Assembly: GCF_000181795.1 (NCBI RefSeq)
Contig: NW_003526943.1
Location: 11,109,759-11,147,102 of the forward strand
Origin: Trichinella spiralis
Taxonomy: Eukaryota
Direction of reading: 5' to 3'
Length of the DNA stretch: 37,344 bases
How positions within the stretch are numbered: position 1 is the first letter of the stretch; each line of letters opens with the position of its first letter. Shown here piece after piece: positions 13,161 through 26,139 of this stretch. The translations under genes were made by a program, and so were the position numbers. The notes below the pieces were generated by a model. It did not search any database and had not been told where the DNA came from. It saw nothing but the letters and a program-made list of their open reading frames with translations.

Positions 13161-14502
13161 TAACAATAAATTACCTTAACATTATGCTGTCTATAAATAT
13201 GAATGCTATAAATTATTTTGCATTCAAAAAATGTTTCATACATTTTAACAAAAGTTTCTTTTTGCGACCAACTGATGTTAAGATTAAGTTCATATGACTT
13301 CTGTTGTCACTTCCTAACATAATGCTTGAAATAATGCCGAAGTGGTGCACATGTTAATTTGATGAAAAAATGCATACTGATGAAATTTATCTGGTTTTTT
13401 TTATTACACGAAATATTTAATTGTTAATAATTAATTCTTTTTATAAAATATCTAAATGCATTTCGAGAAAAATTGCCTTTGTGTAATAAAATGTTTTGTT
13501 AATAATTTCATTTTTTCATATTTGCAAATGGTTCATAATTGCTATGGGTGCTTATCGTTGTTTAAAATAGTTTTTGCTTATTAGTAATAAGGCGCAGCAT
13601 TTTGAACAAATCCTACGTTTGCACATTACGTTTACTCTGAGTGACGTATGATGAAAATGCCTATTAAGCAATAATGCTGACTGTCTTTGATCACAGTCTG
13701 GACCAAAGTTCCTCAGCATTATTAAACATGATATGCGAACTATATTTCAAAGCATATTTGGTATCTGGCATCATCTTAATTATTATCTTTGATAAATTTA
13801 TATGTGGTAAATGTAATTTTTTGTTTCATTTTGTATTTAAAACATTTAAATAATAATGTTTTATTTTTAAAAAACGCTTAGCTTGTTATTATCGCTTGTA
13901 CTTCAGTAAATGGATATTTCATCAATTTCACTAAAACAGAGAGTAAATCAAATTGAAACTATGTATTGTTTTTTGAATAAACATACAAAAAAAGTATGAA
14001 GAATATTTTATCAGCAACACAATAATTGAAGTTTTAAAGTGTCTAAGGAATTTGTTAGGCTAAATTTATATTTTTAATTTATTCTCTTTTTGTAAATCTC
14101 ATTTTCTTTTTAGAAATTTTATTCAGAAAATAATTTTTGCATTAGCGTCTTATTGTTTGGTAAAGCATATGCGTATACTTTTCTGATGGTGGCTATCAAG
14201 TTAATTAATATTAAGTGAACAATAAAATAAAAGGTGTATTTTACTTATTTTATATCTGTAAAACAACTGACCCCAATAGGATAAGTTTTTATACGTTCTA
14301 GTTTTGCTACAAAAATCAAATATATCATAGAGAAATAATATTTTCAATGATATTTTTTTATTCAAAAGAAATAACTAGCAAATTCGTGGATATCATCATA
14401 TCTGAATAAATGCGCCACATATCAATTTATGCTTTTTAATTTTGTTTTTATTTTCAAATGTAAATGAAATATGTTCAAACGTTTTAACGCTTATAACGTA
14501 AG

Positions 14503-16711
14503 CATGCTATTTTGAAACAAAGCCGGATATTTGTTCAAGCATCAAATGTTTGTGTACAACAAAAAGATTGTGAAGGACGAAAAGTGTGCGTGAATAATAT
14601 TTGCGTTCGTGCAAAAGCGTTGGGCAAAAAGTGTTTTGTTGACAATGATTGTGGCTACAACAAGATATGCAAATACAAAATTTGCTGGCAACCTGAGGGT
14701 TAGTTTGTATATTGTTTAATATTGAATTTTTTAAAAGCATTTTATTTCTATTTCTGATTTACAAGATAGTTCTTGTTACCGCGACAGTGACTGCCCAAAA
14801 GGTATGAAATGTGTCCAAAATCGATGCATTCAAGATGAAGTGGAAACTCCTGGCAAGTTTGTTCTATTCAATAGATCAATTTCTATTTTCTTACTTTATT
14901 TTTAATAAACTGAATCATATGCAACAATTTAGGCGATACATCCGCCTCTCAAATAGGCACTATTGGCCAACGTTGTGCTAGTGAAGGACGTTGCTACACA
15001 GCAAATGCGTTTTGCTTATATAATTATTGCCAGTGTAAACCTAACTCTGTTTACGATGGTGTTAAATGCATCCAACGTGAGAAATGCTTGTTTTTATATA
15101 TTTCATTCAATGATTTTTGATTTTGATTTTTTTAAGACTCATTATTTCACTTTAAATGTTCTTGGCTATTTATCATTGTTAATTAAAACACTTTATAAGT
15201 ATTAAAATTATTTAATCTTTATGTGGAATAATTCATTTTTAAAACTGGAATTTATATAAAATTTTAATTTTTTAGTGGCTGAACTTGGTGAGCCATGTGG
15301 AGAAGAAAACGCTCCATGCCGCGCTCAAAATTCAAAATGCATCGATGGAACGTGCCAGTGCATACAGAACTACGTTTTGCAAGGACAAGAATGCAAAATG
15401 GTTAAGAGTAAATATGATAAATTTATTATAAAATCCATGAAAATAATTTAAATAAACTGAAGAGTTGGATCTTGGACAGTTTTGCATGAGCGACGAACAG
15501 TGCGCTCCTTCATATTCCATTTGCGAACGTTCAGCACCTAATGAACAAGGCCGGTGTGCTTGCCGACAGCAAACTGCAAAACAAGACAACATGTGTCGCC
15601 CATTGGGTAAATTGATTGTTAATAAATAATTTTCATTTGTTGATATAACTGCTTTAAAATTTAATAATTTAAGGCAACGATGGCTTCATTTATTTATTAT
15701 TCTAAAAAATATTTCAGCATACAATTGTCTTGTTGGATCAGCATACATTGCAGATGGAAAGGTAAAAAAATGTGTTGTACGTCAAATCAAAGACGAAGTT
15801 AGCTATCCTGTAACTGATAAAGGAGGCTGTCCGGAAAATTATTACTGTGTCAGCATGGGAAGCTTGTCGGCTAAAGAGCTAAAGGGATCTTACATTTTGG
15901 AAGAAATTGGTATATGTTGTCCAGAAATAACGCCTACGTGTCCAGTTGGTGAACCAGAGCCAGTTGCTGCAAATTATTGTGAATCAGAATGTCCCAAAAA
16001 AACTCACTTTTGTCTTAAAGATGAAAATATGGTCGGTGTGGCTACATGTTGTTTGAAGCCATGTCTTTGGAACAACGTTTACATAAACAAATCGTGTACG
16101 GTGCCTTTGCGAATTGGTGAAGCATGTGAAAAGCAATCAGAATGCGTTCTTAACAATGCAAATTGTGAAGAAGTTGAAAAGGGAGGTATTCTTTTACTTT
16201 TAAAGCGTTTTATTAAAAAAAGTACTATTAACAAAGGCAAAGTTATTTCTGTTAAGCATGATCGTTAAAATAATACTGATTAAAAAAGATTACTCTCCAC
16301 TAATTCGATAAATTGAACAAGTAAGGTAAAATTCAAGCAGCATTAAATTATTTCAAATAATACATAGTACATGCAAATTATATTTTTTGTATCTTAACAA
16401 AGTGATAATTTATTTTAATTTAATAAATTTTAAAGGCAGTTTGCAATAAATACTTAATGCATTTCTAGTTCAAGTATGTGCTTGTTCAAAGCGAGATATT
16501 GAATTTAAAGGAAAATGCATCGGTATGATATTAAAATCTCCAAACCAATGAGAATGATAATATGCATGTTAAATTTTAAGAACCAAAATGCCCTTCACAA
16601 AGACAGCCGTTGATGAGCAACGGTCAAATAGTTCGTTGTAATCCATACACGGCACCGTGCAAATCAATTTATCGTTGCGATGAGAAATATGGAATCTGTT
16701 GTCCAAGATGA
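14503..16711 (+). CDS. Cysteine-rich, probably secreted protein with short 4-Cys repeats, EB modules and WR1/lustrin-like Cys modules; 5' end uncertain
   Basis: In-frame exons ~14503-14698, 14766-14852, 14933-15076, 15276-~15407, ~15463-15606, 15718-16185, 16469-16522 and 16581-16711. Motifs: CVQQKDCEGRKVCVNNIC, LGEPC...NSKCIDGTCQC, LRIGEACEKQSEC, GICCP, ending YGICCPR*. A possible signal-peptide exon lies at 13728-13806 (MICELYFKAYLVSGIILIIIFDKFIC), but its splice path to 14503 is unresolved. AATAAA at ~16756 and ~16775. Confidence 0.85.
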
Positions 16712-17041
16712 CGAAGCGGTCATTTCCTTCTTTTATTATTTCAACAGCCAACATAAAATAATATTATAATATCAAATAAAAAATTTTTAATTGTAAAAAG
16801 TATATTTAATTTGTGAAAAGTAGATTTTATTTTCATAAAGTTTATCATAGTGAAAGAAAGAAAGTTTCCAACATGTACAACATCAGAATAATGATGATGA
16901 TGATGATTTGAAAAAATGAACAACAAAGATATGTATTAATTTTAAAAAAAAGTTAAAATAACTGTGCGGTAAAAAGGAAAAATTTTATACTTTAACAAAC
17001 AATTTCAGTTGTACAATAAACAAATGAAGACGTGGCTTTCT

Positions 17042-20000
17042 TCATGGTGGTAAAAGAGACGTCGATGGCTCCCCTATACAACCAGTACCGCTGCTTTTGT
17101 ATTGTTCAGGGGTGGGCAAAAAGGAGCATGCCTCCTCTAGCAATTCAGGGAGTACTACACCAGCCGCTTTATCAATTTGACAGCAACAAATCAACTTTGC
17201 ACTTATTGTATTCAAATCGTGCAATGTTGCCAAAATTTTGGCAAAATACTGTGGCTTGTGACGAGCAACTTGCGCATAAGTGCAATGAACTTTCAAACAG
17301 TTGAGAACGTTGTTCTTCAGCTGATCGACCATTTCGACAGATTGAAGATTTGGCTTACCTGAGAGAAAGAGGATGGGTTATTTTATATTTCAATTATTTT
17401 AATATTTTACCATTCATCAAAATTGCCAACGCGGTGAGACATGCAACAGCAGTCAGATCCAAGTCAAGAACATGTCCAAAATGACAAGTTAATGAGGTAA
17501 GGGCGTTGAACCAAGGATGCCAAAATTGACGAAAATCATCTACTCGTCGAACTGAACCATCTTCAAATGTCAAATTCCCAACACCGCTTTCGTTGACGTT
17601 GTCCATTGAACTAAAATTTCATGCATCACTTTGAAACTTTCAAACTGCTATCAGAATTTATATTTAAACAAATCAAATAACATTGTGATTATTATGATGT
17701 AGATCTAATAGATAATAGTAACAAGTAGAACGGTAAAATTGAGTGTTATACCGATATGCAATTCGAATATGCATCACATTCATGCTTCCAGCTTTCAAAA
17801 GCTGCCTTTGATCAGACGCGGAAAGAGTTGACCAGCCTGGCAAGCGTTCAGCCCATCGGTGGACCACAGCAAGAGAATAATTTAACGATGAAAGCAAACT
17901 TTCGTCGGTGTTCATGAAAAAATCACCCGGCGCCATGGCTTCTGTTGAAGATTTCGCAATCACATGAACCATGTGAGCATGGACCAACGATGATGTCAGT
18001 GAAGTTGATGATGAATCATCCGCAACTTTGGAACGAGATGGCAGTCGACCACGACGGCCTTTCAAGCTGTCCATTCGAACAACTAAAATTAGCATAAGTT
18101 TCTCTTTCGACAAAGAGGAAGTGAAATTCAAAAATCGAACCCCCCGAATGATTCACCTTCTTTCACCATGCCAACAGCCATGCACTTTTGAAATCGACAA
18201 TATTGGCATCGATTACGACGACGTTTATCAATGACGCAATCTCGACTTCCCATGCAAACATATTTTGCATTCTTCTGTACTGTTCTCTGAAAACGACCAT
18301 TTTTTTTATTTATTTATTTTTCTTTATTTGAAATAAATTTAAAATTTTTATTCGGATTTAAATATTACATACAATACCGTGACTAAGCTAGAATTTTTTT
18401 TCTATTCATCATTCATTCTAATAAATACTAAAGATCAATGAAAACGTTATACTGATACATTAGAATTTATCATCGTGGCTTTTTCGATTGAATAAAAAAG
18501 CATCGATTGTTTATTTATGCAAATGGTTCTGTAAGACGGTCATTTTCAGTCTTTTTCTACTTGAAGCATTCATTTCAATATTACATTAGTAGGTTTCATA
18601 ATCAAATCTCTGTTTAAAAATTATCCAGAAATACAGTAAACTTTACACGTTCACTTTCAAAATATAAGATTGAAGCTATAGCTCACTCTGCAATTAATTT
18701 GAATTTCCCCAAAATTAAAATAATTTGAATTTCTGTCATTCCACTTGTACTTGTAAAACACTGTTCAAATTAGTAGAATGTTAATTTATTATTTTATAAC
18801 AATTATTTTAAAAAATCTCAAGATAATACATTTAGCTTACACAAATAGTTGTTTCAAAATAGTAGGAATTAAAAAGATCATTTTCGGTTTGAAATATTCA
18901 TCAGAATGGTGAAAACTTTCATTACATAAAAACAATTTGCGTGATGTAAAATCTTAAAGTCTACAGTTTTCATGCTAAAATTGTGAATAAAATTAATTGT
19001 GCAATAGATATTTTTGCAGTAGCACTTAGAAATAAAAAATTAGTCTCAATAAAGTATATATTTCTAAGCAGATATCATTACAGATATAATTTCCATATCA
19101 CATACAACTAGTATACATTAAAATCTATAACTTTTGTGTTAGTATTATTATTATTATTATCATATTGAAAAGTTTAGGGTTTTATTTGATTTTTAACATC
19201 AATGCTTACCTTAAAAAATCCTTTACATCCTTCACAAGTGCGAACACCATAATGTTGACAGGCAGCGTGATCCCCACACACTGCACATGTTTGATTTGTT
19301 TGTGAAGGAGAACCAGAAGGTGCCAATGAAGAACTGCCAAATGTAGATGAAGAATGCGCAATAGTGTCGCTAAAATAAATTATTTCTATCTGTTAATTCA
19401 TTAATCTACTTGGAAATTTTCACTTCGGATTGGGGATCTTTCAAGCTAATTTAGTACCTAATAATTAGTAGTTAGAATTTATTACTAGATAATAATAATG
19501 TAATGAATTTGAAAAAAATGCTTTCAGATTAAGCGATAATCATATTAACTGGATCTTAATTGATAATATTCATTATTTGAATAAAAAATTATAAATAAAG
19601 TTTTTAAAATGATAATTTACCTGAAAAAGGCGACTTGGTGGCATGTCGGCGATACACAGCTAGAAGAATGACTTGACGGAGGAGTTGTTTGAGGCTCCCA
19701 TCGATTGGATAACAGAGCTTCGTTCGGTTCTGGTATATAAGTGGACTGAACGCAGGGTAGCGAATGACTCAAATACATGCTGTCCGGATTAGCATAAGCG
19801 GATAGCATGCTAGCCAATTGTGGTGTTTCAATTTCAGGACTGGAAAAAGCCCTTGTAATTCTTTGTTGCATTCGACTTCCTGCCGTCTGCGGTGTCGTGG
19901 TTCCAGTTAAATAGCCGTACGTTGATGGTAATGATGGTTCGTTGGGAGCAATCGGAAAATATGTAGGCGCCTGTTGTGTACATGAGCTGGCTGATTCAGC

Positions 20001-23000
20001 TGCGTGCAGTTGAGGATATTGGTCTTCTGTACGCACATAATTCGAACTCAAACAGCTCGACGGCAGTACAGTTAAACCGCTAGCCGGTTGCTGTTCCCTG
20101 TATGGACGATCGAACATCTTGTAACTGCTTCCCGGCAGGTCGCACCACATCGTCGTTGGCTCTTCAACAAAAGTGCTCGCTTGACCAGCACCGGAAATTT
20201 GAGGAGTTGCGCCGAAAAACTGCCTCGCCCTGTGCATCTGTTCCACGTACAGCATATCTTTGTCGAGTGGCTAAATTTATAAGCACACGTGAACGCGACG
20301 ATGACGCACCCAGCCCAATCAAAAGAAGTGAACACGTCGCTATGTTCTAATTAGCATATAACCAAAATTCAGTAAACACTCCCATCGCGCACCTGCGTCT
20401 CCGAAAGAGCAGACAAGAGGGCGGTCTCGGACGTTCCAAGCATCGACGGCATTCCGCTTGGTGAATAATTAGACAAAGAAGAAGTTTGTTCTAAAATCAA
20501 CAAATTAAACAAGCATACAAATTATACTAGCAATAATAGAAATTTAACAGAACTGTAAATTTCAATTCAATTGTGAAAGGGGGAGGGGGGTTTTTTCTCT
20601 CTCACTGTGTGTGCATGTGTCTCCCTCTGTCTTTTTGTTTCCGATTATCACGACTGGTACTAAATATCACCAAATATTGAATAAAAAAGCTGTCTAACAG
20701 TTGCTGTTGTCCACAATGTTAACACAAGAAATTGTACAACTACAGTCAGACGGTTTGTCTGCTTGCAATGCAGATTTTCGTCTAGCTTTGAAAAAAGAGA
20801 ACAAAACGCCAGCACCTATTGGCCGAAAATTTAAATTCAAAGCCTGATCAAAATTGTCGATAACCGGCGATTGCCATCGCATGACTAATCTGTACTGTTT
20901 GAATTGTTTCCTGGTTAGCTTTGCAACTGCTATTCATAAGTAATGGATCATAATTTATGACAACGTGACTAATAATCAAACTTAGTGTATAGAAATTTCA
21001 TTTTCGACTGGACCGTTTACTTTTGCTTGTTCAATATATCAAGATGCACAGTGTGAACTTGCAACTGCAATGACTGTGGCTTGAAGAAAAAATAATTCCA
21101 CCAGCGTTGTACTGTTCATCTTTTGACGATTTGCTGCTTGTTTTTTTTTAAACACTTCCTTTAAAAAGAATAATAAATATGCAAAATATATGCAGTGCAA
21201 AATGCAACCTTTTCTCCTGTCAGACAGCTAACTGTACACTGTAGTATAATACATAATAAAAGTGCGGATAAAAATTTGCGAAACCACAAATTTCTGTTTC
21301 AACTGCACGTTTGGAAAGTTTAATAGCATGGAAAACATCACCAACAAAAAAAGGGGAAGTAAAAAATGATTCAAAATTTGATTACCAAAAAATTGAACAA
21401 ACATGTTAAGTTGCCAGGTGAAAAGTGTCAAACACTTTTCAAAAAGAAGCAATTGTGTCACCTGGAGTTTAGCTTGTACATTTTTTTCCTGTACCTGCAC
21501 TACAGTGCAATTTGGAAAATATGAATTAAAAAATTCTGTCGCTTAAAAATGACACTTTCATGTTTTTTCAAGTAATCTGAAAAACCATTTGCACCATGTT
21601 GACATGCAAAGCAAGATACATTATGTTTATCCAAAGGAAAAAAAGCAAAGTTTAATTTTTGGATTCAAAAGTTGCTCTTGGTTTTGAAGGTAAAGTGGAC
21701 AGAAAAATTTTTCAATATTTGCATATTAAGTAATAATCAAAATGCCACAAATTAATTTTGAAAATTTTTGCACATCTTTTAATAATTTCTAATTAACATT
21801 TAACGTCATCTCATATAAAGAAGATAAATCTACCATTTTATGAACATTTTTATGTCAAAAAATGTAAATGCAATACCAGTTTATTCAAGTTGATTTTACT
21901 TAAAATTATTATCCAGGTAAATATGAAAATCTTTTTATTACTATTAAATAAACACAAGTAAAATTTATTTTTAACTCAGAACTATTTTATCACTAGAATG
22001 TATTCAAAATTTGTAAGTTTATCAAAAAATATGATCACTTAATAACTTATTATTAATTGTTAAGATTCTAAAATTAAACGATTATTTATTTGAAATGGGT
22101 CTGTGCAAAGTTGTATTTTAAGCATCTGATGTACAATAAATAAATAACCATATCAAGTATAATGAATAAAGTACTATTGAAATGCAAAAACCGAAACAAC
22201 AACAACAACAATAATAATAATAGCTTATTCCATTGGATAACATTCTTTGTTGTATTATTTTGCAATTTTTGCATTATTTCATTTATCATCTTTCAATTTG
22301 TCTTTTTCATTAGCGAAAATTTCGAGTAAAGAGAATAAATAACTGCATATTTATAGCAATAATGAGAAAGTTTATCTTCAAACAGCTAAGCAAATTAAAA
22401 AAACACTTTTTAAAAAGAAATAACATAATTGAAAGCATCGTCATTCAATATATTCTTTCTTCAAACGCCCAATTATGCATGAAAGACTTGGATTACTTTG
22501 AAATGATTAATTTTTACTCATTTAATTTGAAACTTTACAGCAAATAACAAGACATGTTGTAGAAAACAAAATTGGTAAAATTATTTTCAACAACAAAATT
22601 ACATTAAATTCTCTTATGATTAAATAACAATTAAAAAAAAAATAAACTGTTAATTGTGCATCCTTAAATAGGCAAATCAGGAGAATCTTAGTGAAATTGT
22701 TGTAAAAGAGATTTCTTTGCTTGATGGAGATGTTTAATGAAATGTGTTGTTTTTTTGTTTAATATAATATCATATAATATTGTTTTGAGGTTGATAATAT
22801 GATAACAAAGAAGCTTGAATAATAAAGTCTCTGCGTTGTGCGGTGAGCGGAAATTTTGAACAATGCACTGATTCGCCATTGATCACATCCCTAATAGAGC
22901 TAGAGATGTGCAAAAGCTACAGTTAGCAATTCAATAGTTCGGTAAGCAACGACCAAAATCGAACAAGTCCGATCAGCTGAAAACCTTTGAGAAAACAAAA

Positions 23001-25938
23001 AAAAAATAATAATTAAAATAAAAATCCCAGCAATTCAGTTATCGTTGCAGTTACACTGTCATTGAATTAAGCTGTGTAAACTGCAAGTGAAAATACATAT
23101 TGCACTAGCATATGTGATGGTAAAAAGGGGTAGAGTGGGGAATTTTCAATTCTTTTGCCAACAGAGTGACAACAAAATGAAAAAGTGAAATTGAAACTTT
23201 GCACAAAGTAGCAACAGAGAGTTGCCTGGAGACAGCATCAGTTACAAGCCAATAAAATGCAACAGAACTATTCCCAGCTGGTAACCTTCTGTCATTTATC
23301 GAAAATCAAAAAATATCCATTCTAACAAACCTATATTACAATATTTTTAAAATATTCCTAAACAGAAAATGTAAATATTTCGACAATTTTCAGATAATAG
23401 GCTATTTAATACTTTTTAAAATTTTAAGTGATTACAATTTACAATCAATATTTCTAGACAATCAAATTTCAAATAAAGAAATAAATTCAGATATCCAAAT
23501 TCATAATTATATACAAACAGTTTAAACAATTTTTAAAGCATTTTATTTGAAATTTAAATTAAAATATATGCATACACAGTTTTCGTTTTTCCACATGTAA
23601 GAATATTTTTTAAACAGTATAAAAGAAGTGCCATAAAAAATTAACATAACAAGCAATTAATTGTGCTTCAATTTCACTGATGCAGATAAATTGTAAAATG
23701 CAGTCGGAAAAATTTCACTCATCAAATTGCACTATCCTCCTTTACTTCCTTAAATTGGGAAAAACAGTTTCAAATTGTAAAATGATAATAATAATTATAA
23801 TAACGGTGTATGCAAACAGCCTACGTGACGTAATCATTACTTTATATTCTTTTCCAGTTGATCTGCAATAAAACATGAACAATTATTTCATCGTCAAAAG
23901 TCATCAGCATGACGTTCAGCAATGCATGCATAAACAATGAAAGGAAATGCTTATCGTTTATTCCATTTAAACTATCATAATTATGCTTCTGTTTTGTTTT
24001 AAATTAAAATAAATTAAATAAAAATGGTCATTACGTGACTATTGGACTTGAAACATACCGTTGGCATAAAAGTACACATTTGAGATGCAATCATACAAGA
24101 AGTGAATAACAATAGCAGTTTCATAGGCAGAATTAATATCACATCTTCGATTGAAATGTGCAACTTGTCAATCTTTTCTATTTTTCAAAACACCCTAATA
24201 GAATTTTAATAATGTAAAGACAAAAATTCTATTAAACTAATTTTCAGCAAAAAAATCAGTCAATAATTTGTCAAACCCTTCATCATTATCATACAATTAA
24301 TTGTACACCAATGAAACAAAATGTGTGCTTTTTTTCAATGTGGTAGGTGAGAAAGGAGGTTTTTTGAATAAAAAAATTGAAAATGATAAATCACAATTTA
24401 ATGTGTAGAAAAAAGTGAAAAATTGAAAAGCAACAATGAATATACGTGTATGTGATTATCCTGTTATGACAATTTGAAGACAGCAGCTTCAGTTGAGCTA
24501 TACTTGACGTAATCAAGAGCGAAAGTGATTCTATTTGAACAGCATTACATTCTCAGCTATAATTGCTTCTGATAAACAACATGTCAAGCAATTTTACAAT
24601 TGCAAAAATCCCACCTTTGATTAGCAGTTATTAAATTAAATTAAATTTAATTTGTCAACTGCAACAAAAAGCAAACAGAATTTGCTTTTTCGCATGCGCT
24701 GCTTGCAAGGTAATGGTTTCAGAAACGAAGATACAATATTGAATTAGCCGTTGCAAGCACGATTTACAAACATTTGCCACATTTGCAAATTTACCTGAAC
24801 TGTCAACAATTGAACTACCAAAAGCAACACGATGAATGTTTGAATTATTTTCAATAATTTGAAAAATTAACACTACATTCAACACCGTTCAGTGTAAAGC
24901 TTGTTGCTTGCATAAATTTGAATGTTTGACTTCAAGATTCAAGTGAAAATTTTCCCAAAGCCGATAAAGTAAACTGGGACTGAAACTCAATTAATGCTCA
25001 ATTGTGGCACTTTGTTTTGAAAGCAAAGAGGATTCATGCTACTATCACCACAAATAAGTGTACAACAGTGTGGAGAAATTAATTTTGTCCAATTTTCAAA
25101 TCCAACATTTACTCGATCTGTTTTATTTTTGAAATGGATAAAATTGTTGTCAATTTTGTCCTAATGTTGAAAATATTTGATCATCATCATTCAAATTTGC
25201 ACTGTTCATCATAACAACTTCTCTATCGATAAAATACGACTGCTAATGTGATTTCAGAAATGGGAAATGGATGAAAAATAATTTTTGAAATGTGCAATAA
25301 AGATTATTTTCAAAATATGAGTACAAAATGAAATTTATTTTGCCATTGGTGAAAATAAACATTTTTTTCAGTGATTCTTGCAAAAAGTTGAGAAAAAAGT
25401 TTTTGAAGAGACAATTTTTAAATAAAATAAGAAAAATATTATATTTCCCTTTTTCACAAATTGGTCTTAAATTGGTTACACTGAAAATGCAAATTGAACC
25501 AAAACCAGAACACAATGACGAAGTTGAACCTGCACATCATTGGGGAAGTTTGTATTGAAATTTAAATTGAAGCAGGTAATTTATTTGTGAGTTTTGTTGA
25601 TTCACAACAACACCCAATACAATATATATAATAAATACTCAGAAGAATGGAATAAATAAAATTTAAATAGATGTGAAAAAATAAAAAAAAAGATATTTCT
25701 TGTTCAACTTACTGGATGAATGAGGATAAAGGGCAGGGTTTCGTTGTTGTTGTTGTTGTTGTTGTCGTTGTTGTTGGAGAGTAGAGAAAAATATGCTTTC
25801 TTTTTTTCCTTTTTGTTCAGATGAGGAAAATAATGATGTAATAGTAGTTGTAGTTGTAGTAGTAGTTGTAGTATTGGTAGTAGTAGTTGCTGTTGTTGTG
25901 GTATAACTTTCAGAAGTGAACCAAGCTTCAGAACTCAT
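17042..25938 (-). CDS. nhr-6: NR4A-subfamily orphan nuclear receptor (nhr-6 / HR38 / Nur77-Nurr1-like), predicted 703 aa
   Basis: [40 protein letters not shown]...[40 protein letters not shown], including the NR4A-diagnostic T/A box. The LBD ends ...[15 protein letters not shown]...YFAKIL. Model: join(25938-25713, 20490-20393, 20270-19621, 19369-19210, 18286-18157, 18082-17752, 17610-17411, 17358-17042) = 2112 nt with all phases consistent. The two 5'-most exons are less certain than the rest. Confidence 0.92.
25742..25898 (-). repeat. Trinucleotide tracts (CAA)n and (ACT/ACA)n encoding poly-Gln and poly-Thr in putative NR4A exon 1
   Basis: gttgttgtt and gtagtagttgta runs on the + strand read as [11 protein letters not shown] and TTTTATTTTNTTTTTTTTT on the - strand. 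Confidence 0.8.
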
Positions 25939-26139
25939 GCACAAGTAGATGCTGCGCGACGAATTTCAAATCCAACGGCTAGTCATCGTGGATTATTTAG
26001 CAACATACGGTGCGATGATGATGATTATGATGAACAAAAAGTGAGCAAACCGAATGGCTAGACAGGCAAATCGGACCGATGGAAAAAGCAGCCAAGTTTT
26101 CAGCAGCTTACAAGATCGACTGACAGACAATTAAGCAGC

